Shown: piece by piece, positions 59,490 through 64,000 of the stretch
Position numbering within the stretch: position 1 is the stretch's first letter
How the letters are laid out: each line of letters opens with the position of its first letter
Source of the DNA: Promethearchaeota archaeon
GTDB lineage: Archaea; Asgardarchaeota; Lokiarchaeia; Sigyniarchaeales; SOKP01
Assembly (NCBI GenBank): GCA_004524535.1
Contig: SDNY01000001.1
Span: forward strand, 37,146-101,145
Length of the DNA stretch: 64,000 nt
Direction of reading: 5' to 3'
Position numbers and translations under genes: made by a program
Notes under the pieces: model-generated
What the model was told of the DNA's origin: nothing
Seen by the model: only the letters and a program-made list of their open reading frames with translations
The model's database searches: none

Positions 59490-60803
59490 TTAACTTTTTG
59501 TTTCAACAATATAAAAATCTTTGTCTAAATGTAGTTTTAACAAGCAAATTCCAAGTAATAAAGTGAAAATTAGGTAACCAGCAGTCCCAAAAAACAAATT
59601 AGGATAAAATGGATTTTCTACTCCCTCTGTTAAATAAATACATAAAACGGAAAGTAATCCAATCAGTACGTATTTATTATTTTTAATAAAATCTTTTCCG
59701 ATTTCATCTTGGTGCAAGAAAGGAATAAAAATTAAAAGAATTAAGGGGAATAGAATTATTAAAGTTTTTTCAGCTAAGGTATTCGTTAATAAGAAAGAAA
59801 GCGCAAAATAGCTGAATTTTTCGTGTATCTTAAATTTTTTAGTTATTAATAAGAATGCTATGATTACGTACATGAAAATGAGGCGTATAAAGGAGAGTAT
59901 AAATTTAGCTCTGGGCGGAATAAAAAAAATCTTTTTAATGAAAACTAAATAATAACCCAATGAGTATAATTGTACCCCTTGAAAATATCTAAAAACATGG
60001 TAATAATCAAAAATAAGTCCAGGATAAATAAAAAACAAAAAATTTTGAGCTAGAAAAATTATTATCACTAATCCATAGGTTTTAAGATTTTCTTTCTCAA
60101 ATAATTCTCCAAGAGGGATATCGTGAAATATAAAGATTAATAACAAAAAAAGAAAAAAAGGGATCATCCCCACAATCATAACAAAAAGAAAATAAGTAAT
60201 AAATTTATATTTGAAATCTTTCTCTTTTTCTTCTTTTTTGTATTGAATTTCTCTTCTAAGGATAAATAATAATAGTGCTCCTACGAAGAATTTTGATTGA
60301 TTTAAAGCAAATTGTAGAAATATAAGATAACCATTTGATATTACCATGAGGAACAAAAATCTATGAATTTTTTCTTTAACACCTAATAATTTTAAGATTT
60401 TATTAAATTCCAATATGAATAAGACTGCACAAATATAATGAAAACCATACCAAACAAAGTAAGCTATATTATAAGGTAATAATGAAATCGATATTGCCCA
60501 TAGCATACAAAAAAATGGTAAAGATGTTATTCCAACCCAAAAACCATAATCTTCTTTGTAAAATCTATTTGGGTCAATTAAAAGCTGTCTACCTGAGTAA
60601 TAATAAACACCAAAATCCCAAAAAGGAATATTCTGACGAATATATATTATAATTAAACTATGTAGTGCCCAGATGCCAATACATATCATTGGGATAATAA
60701 TATAAAGAATCTCATTATTCTTCTTTTTTCTAAGGTATAAAAACAAGCATATAAGAAAGAATATTAACGATAGCCATATAATTGGTAAAATATAATGAAG
60801 CAA
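59490..60803 (-). CDS. Array paralogue P8
   Basis: 437 aa, TTG start, loop WDFGVYYYSGRQLLIDPNRFY. C-terminal class C (IVETKS), as in P1. Confidence 0.65.
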   Translation of the reverse strand: MLHYILPIIWLSLIFFLICLFLYLRKKKNNEILYIIIPMICIGIWALHSLIIIYIRQNIPFWDFGVYYYSGRQLLIDPNRFYKEDYGFWVGITSLPFFCMLWAISISLLPYNIAYFVWYGFHYICAVLFILEFNKILKLLGVKEKIHRFLFLMVISNGYLIFLQFALNQSKFFVGALLLFILRREIQYKKEEKEKDFKYKFITYFLFVMIVGMIPFFLFLLLIFIFHDIPLGELFEKENLKTYGLVIIIFLAQNFLFFIYPGLIFDYYHVFRYFQGVQLYSLGYYLVFIKKIFFIPPRAKFILSFIRLIFMYVIIAFLLITKKFKIHEKFSYFALSFLLTNTLAEKTLIILFPLILLIFIPFLHQDEIGKDFIKNNKYVLIGLLSVLCIYLTEGVENPFYPNLFFGTAGYLIFTLLLGICLLKLHLDKDFYIVETKS

Positions 60804-60971
60804 GGCTCACTCTTACTTTTTTGTTTCACTATTTAATGATAAAATTAATGATTCTTTAAAAATATTAATATGAAAGGCTATAATTAATTAAATTGAAGCT
60901 TAATATATTTCTAGTTTAATTCTCTTCAAAATCACTAGCAATCCCCTGTTTTTCTTTTAATTTCTTGCTAA
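60804..60971 (-). repeat. Conserved spacer U8, long form
   Basis: 168 nt. It includes most of the long relic (60916..60984), which overlaps the P9 stop codon. Confidence 0.6.
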
Positions 60972-62339
60972 TTAAACTTCCTGTTTTCTTTCAACAATAT
61001 AAAAATCTTTGTTTAAATACAGTTTTAACAAACAAATTCCAAGTAATACTGTAAAAATTAGGAGACCAGTACCCCCACCAAACAAGTCAGGATAATGTAG
61101 ATTTAATCCTTCCATAGTGACATTTGATAAATAAATACCCAAAACGGAAATTAATCCAATCAGTACGAATTTATTTTTTTTAATAAAATCTCTTCCAATT
61201 TCATCTTGGTGCAAGAAAGGAATAAAAAGTAAAAGAATTAAGGGGAATAGAATTATAAAAGTTCTTTCAACTAAGCAATTTAAAAATATGAAAGAAATTG
61301 CGAAATAGCTGAATTTTTCGTGGATCTTCAATTTTTTAGTTATTAATAAGAATCCTATGATTTCGTACAGAATAATAAGGAGTATAAGGGAGATTATAAA
61401 TTTAGCAGCATTTGGAATAATAAAATTCGTATTAATAAAAGCTAAATAATATAACGCTAAGCTAAATTGTAATCCTTGATAATCCCTAAAAATTTTGAAA
61501 TAATCAAAAATAAGTCCTGGATAAATAATAAATAAAAAATTTTGACCTAGAAAAATTAATGTTACTATTCCATAGGTTTTAAGATTTTCTTTCTTAAATA
61601 ATTTACCAAAAGGGATATCGTGAAAGATAAAGATTAACAACAAAAAAATAAAATAAGGGTCCATCCCAACAATCATAACAAAAAGAAAATAAGTACTAAA
61701 CTTATATTTGAAATCTTTCTGTTTTTCTTCTTTGTTGTATTGAATTTCTCTTCTAAGGATAAATAATAATATTGTGCCTAACAAGAATTTTGATTGATTT
61801 AAAGCAAATTGGAAAAGTATGAGATTTCCATTTGAAATTACCATAAGAAACAAAAATCTATGAATTTTTTCTTTAATCCCTAATAATTTTAAGATTTTAT
61901 TAAATTCTAATACGAATAAAACCGCAGAAATATAATGTAAAATATACCAGATAAAGTAAGATATAATATAGGGCAATAATGAGAGAGATATTGCCCAAAG
62001 CATAAGAAAAAATGGTAAACTTGTTATTGCCCAAGTGCCATGCTTTTTTTGGTAAAATCTATTTGGGTCAATTAAAAGCTGTCTCCCAGCGAAATAGTAA
62101 AACCCAAAATCAGTATAAGGAACCCCCTGATAAGCCCAAATCCCATAATCATAATAATCTACTTTAAACCAACCAAAATATAATAAAATTAACCAATGTA
62201 TCGCCCACATGCCAATACATATCAACGGGATAATAATATAAAGGATTTCATTATTTTTCTTTTTTCTAAGGTATAAAAACAAGCATATGAGGAATATTAT
62301 TAACGATAGCCATATAATTGATAAAAACCAAAATAGCAA
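60972..62339 (-). CDS. Array paralogue P9
   Basis: 455 aa, TTG start, extended first loop (GWFKVDYYDYGIWAYQGVPYTDFGFYYFAGRQLLIDPNRFY). Tail ERKQEV (class A). Confidence 0.65.
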   Translation of the reverse strand: MLFWFLSIIWLSLIIFLICLFLYLRKKKNNEILYIIIPLICIGMWAIHWLILLYFGWFKVDYYDYGIWAYQGVPYTDFGFYYFAGRQLLIDPNRFYQKKHGTWAITSLPFFLMLWAISLSLLPYIISYFIWYILHYISAVLFVLEFNKILKLLGIKEKIHRFLFLMVISNGNLILFQFALNQSKFLLGTILLFILRREIQYNKEEKQKDFKYKFSTYFLFVMIVGMDPYFIFLLLIFIFHDIPFGKLFKKENLKTYGIVTLIFLGQNFLFIIYPGLIFDYFKIFRDYQGLQFSLALYYLAFINTNFIIPNAAKFIISLILLIILYEIIGFLLITKKLKIHEKFSYFAISFIFLNCLVERTFIILFPLILLLFIPFLHQDEIGRDFIKKNKFVLIGLISVLGIYLSNVTMEGLNLHYPDLFGGGTGLLIFTVLLGICLLKLYLNKDFYIVERKQEV

Positions 62340-62452
62340 AGCTCTCTCTCACTTTCTTTATTTCACTATTTAATGATAAAATTAATCTTTCTTTAAAAAT
62401 ATTGATATGAAAGGCTATAATTAATTAAATTGAAGCTTAATATATTTCTAGT
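62340..62452 (-). repeat. Founder copy of the spacer (U9), between the sortase-like gene and P9
   Basis: 113 nt, same sequence family as U1-U8. Confidence 0.6.
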
Positions 62453-63559
62453 TTAATTCTCTTCAGAATCACTAGCAATCTTCCGCTTTTCTTTTAATTT
62501 CTTGCTAATTAAAGTTCCTGTATAAATTATAGAGAGAATAAATTCTGGGATCCATTTATGCATTAATAATACGATTATTGCAGCTATAAAAGAGCTCGCA
62601 GCGCTTATAGAATAATGAATATCATTCCAGGCATATCCCAAATAAAATAAATATAGTTGTATGATCATTCGGATTATATTTACGACATAAAATATTATTG
62701 ACGAAATAATCAGAGATTTTGTTTTCCTCCAGATAATATCTTCATTTGTTTTACGATCTCGAGAATGAGGTGTAAAAATAATAATCCCTGCGAAAACGCA
62801 AATTGCTTGAACCCCCGTACAAAAGGTTTCGAAATCTATTGGTCCCCTATCAGGTATAATAAATCTCCAATGATATGTTGATTCAGGTGAATAAACAGCT
62901 TTAGCGTCCATATCAAATAATAAATTCAAAAAAAAAACGGTCTGCTTCACTACAATTTCATGTAGCCAATAATTCATCTCTGTATCAAAGAATAAATATA
63001 CTAAATATGCTAACACGGGTGCACCAATCGCTAGTATTGCAATTGAACGAATAGTGAAATAATATTTTTTTCCTTCAAATTCTATGACAGGACTGTCTAT
63101 CTCTCCTTTTTTGTTCTCATTTTTGAGAGAAGTTTCGTTTAATTCTTTATCCCTAGCATGTCTTAAATAGTAATGAAACCTATCAATGATAATATAGTTG
63201 AGAATTATTAATAAAGGAATCATTATTAAGCCCATATTATATCTTGTCGTTAATTTTGATTCCATTAAAGGAATTGTTGCCCCAATAATAAAAGCAAATA
63301 ATAAATTAATTGTCAACATTAACCATATTGATACTTTCTTTTTAAGTATTTGAACCATAGCATCTATCTTTAGAAAATTTAATACTAAATAAGTAAAAAT
63401 TATAGATATTATCATAATAATAAATCCAAATATGAAACTATTTACAGTCATTATTGTGAATAAATATAACCCAATAAAAAAAGCAACTAATAAATTAATT
63501 GACTGTAGTCCCCATATTATGATTTTCCTATTAATTATCTTTTCCATGGTATCTCTCAT
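62453..63559 (-). CDS. Exosortase/archaeosortase-family-like polytopic membrane protein
   Basis: The C-terminal half carries, in order, FETFCTGVQAICVF (Cys in a C-S/T-G context), VVNIIRMIIQ (N-x-x-R) and NDIHYSISAASSF (His). This matches the Cys/Arg/His order of exosortase/archaeosortase domains. The N-terminal half has duplicated TM hairpins. Confidence 0.5.
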   Translation of the reverse strand: MRDTMEKIINRKIIIWGLQSINLLVAFFIGLYLFTIMTVNSFIFGFIIMIISIIFTYLVLNFLKIDAMVQILKKKVSIWLMLTINLLFAFIIGATIPLMESKLTTRYNMGLIMIPLLIILNYIIIDRFHYYLRHARDKELNETSLKNENKKGEIDSPVIEFEGKKYYFTIRSIAILAIGAPVLAYLVYLFFDTEMNYWLHEIVVKQTVFFLNLLFDMDAKAVYSPESTYHWRFIIPDRGPIDFETFCTGVQAICVFAGIIIFTPHSRDRKTNEDIIWRKTKSLIISSIIFYVVNIIRMIIQLYLFYLGYAWNDIHYSISAASSFIAAIIVLLMHKWIPEFILSIIYTGTLISKKLKEKRKIASDSEEN

Positions 63560-63679
63560 TTAAAATTTTTTAGGAATAAAATTTATTATTTTAAAAGTTG
63601 TAATTAGTAGAAGTAAATATAGAATTTCTTTTAATTTTATTTTTTAAGATAAATAAGAGCTTATCATCTTTTGAAAGTG

Positions 63680-64000
63680 TCACTGATATTTATGAACTAA
63701 CATAAATAACGAGTTTACAAATATCCATATAACTATTGATATTGTCCATATCCACTCTGTTAGTGGTATTTGCGTTAAGAAAAAAGTTATAATTATGCCT
63801 CCTACTGCAAAAGAATAATAAGCTTGAAATCTATTATAATTAAAATCTTGAATCATTAAAATTCCAAAAATTATAATCGATATGAATGCATGTATCCAAT
63901 GAATTACAGCTAGAGTTCCATGAGTAGCATTTATTAATCTATTCTCTTCAGTCAGAGGAAAAAAGCCTATTAATGAAAATGTAATTGAAGAAATAAGCGC
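63680..64000 (-). CDS. Partial hypothetical membrane protein (3' portion; 5' end beyond the window)
   Basis: Hand translation is open for 106 codons from base 64000 to a TGA stop at 63680..63682 (...HGTLAVIHWIHAFISIIIFGILM...IWIFVNSLFMLVHKYQ). Hydrophobic helices. Not in the ORF track. Confidence 0.4.
   Translation of the reverse strand, partial: ALISSITFSLIGFFPLTEENRLINATHGTLAVIHWIHAFISIIIFGILMIQDFNYNRFQAYYSFAVGGIIITFFLTQIPLTEWIWTISIVIWIFVNSLFMLVHKYQ

Larger units (their letters stand above)
48998..62452 (-). repeat. Tandem array of nine gene-plus-spacer units, period about 1.46-1.61 kb
   Basis: Start-to-start spacings are 1473, 1476, 1503, 1494, 1464, 1457, 1613 and 1536 nt. Both coding and spacer sequences are visibly near-identical over long runs. 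Confidence 0.9.

Noticed and set aside
48998-62452. Whether the periodic repeats are a CRISPR array, a satellite or a mobile-element pile-up
   Set aside because: The period is about 1.5 kb and each unit is a full-length intact ORF. There are no short direct repeats with unique spacers, no terminal inverted repeats, and no transposase or integrase nearby.
1-64000. Search by eye for tRNA, rRNA or other structured RNA genes (GC-rich islands in intergenic regions)
   Set aside because: No GC-rich, cloverleaf-capable segment was seen in any intergenic region. A tRNAscan/Infernal run would be needed to be definitive.

Overview
This is a strongly AT-rich archaeal window. The gene content points to an Asgard (Loki-like) archaeon, which is an inference from these markers: Arf/Rag-like small GTPases fused to roadblock- or longin-like domains, an eL13-like ribosomal protein, an Ogg2-type glycosylase and an MtrH-like methyltransferase. 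I recognised no rRNA, tRNA, CRISPR array, transposase or integrase. The window falls into three blocks. (1) 1-22.6 kb is a glycan/lipid-modification island. It holds a CDP-alcohol phosphatidyltransferase, two GT2 enzymes (one with QxxRW), a membrane-anchored hexapeptide acyltransferase, a CE4 deacetylase, a PHP-TIM-barrel hydrolase fusion and an alpha/beta hydrolase. It also holds two LuxE/PaaK-like adenylating enzymes, five cobalamin-binding radical SAM paralogues (three in one operon) and one SPASM-type radical SAM; a sixth B12-rSAM lies at 35.6 kb. (2) 22.6-48.9 kb is mixed. It carries zinc-ribbon proteins, ogg, a PfkB kinase, a metallophosphoesterase and a Trm9-like methyltransferase. It also carries two GTPase/roadblock modules, a hom - LOG-like - ClC - thrC block, a GT-C-like membrane protein, an ACT protein, a PurM-like protein and mtrH. 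(3) 49.0-63.6 kb is the standout. Nine intact, head-to-tail paralogues of a 437-455 aa polytopic membrane protein sit on the minus strand. Each carries a DUF2029/GT87-like loop motif with an invariant Asp, a conserved TTG start and its own conserved ~130-nt upstream spacer. The copies show mosaic hypervariable loop cassettes. The array lies immediately downstream of an exosortase/archaeosortase-like gene, and the 3' end of that gene is embedded as a relic in the repeat junctions. All functional calls rest on motif reading by eye; no database search was possible.
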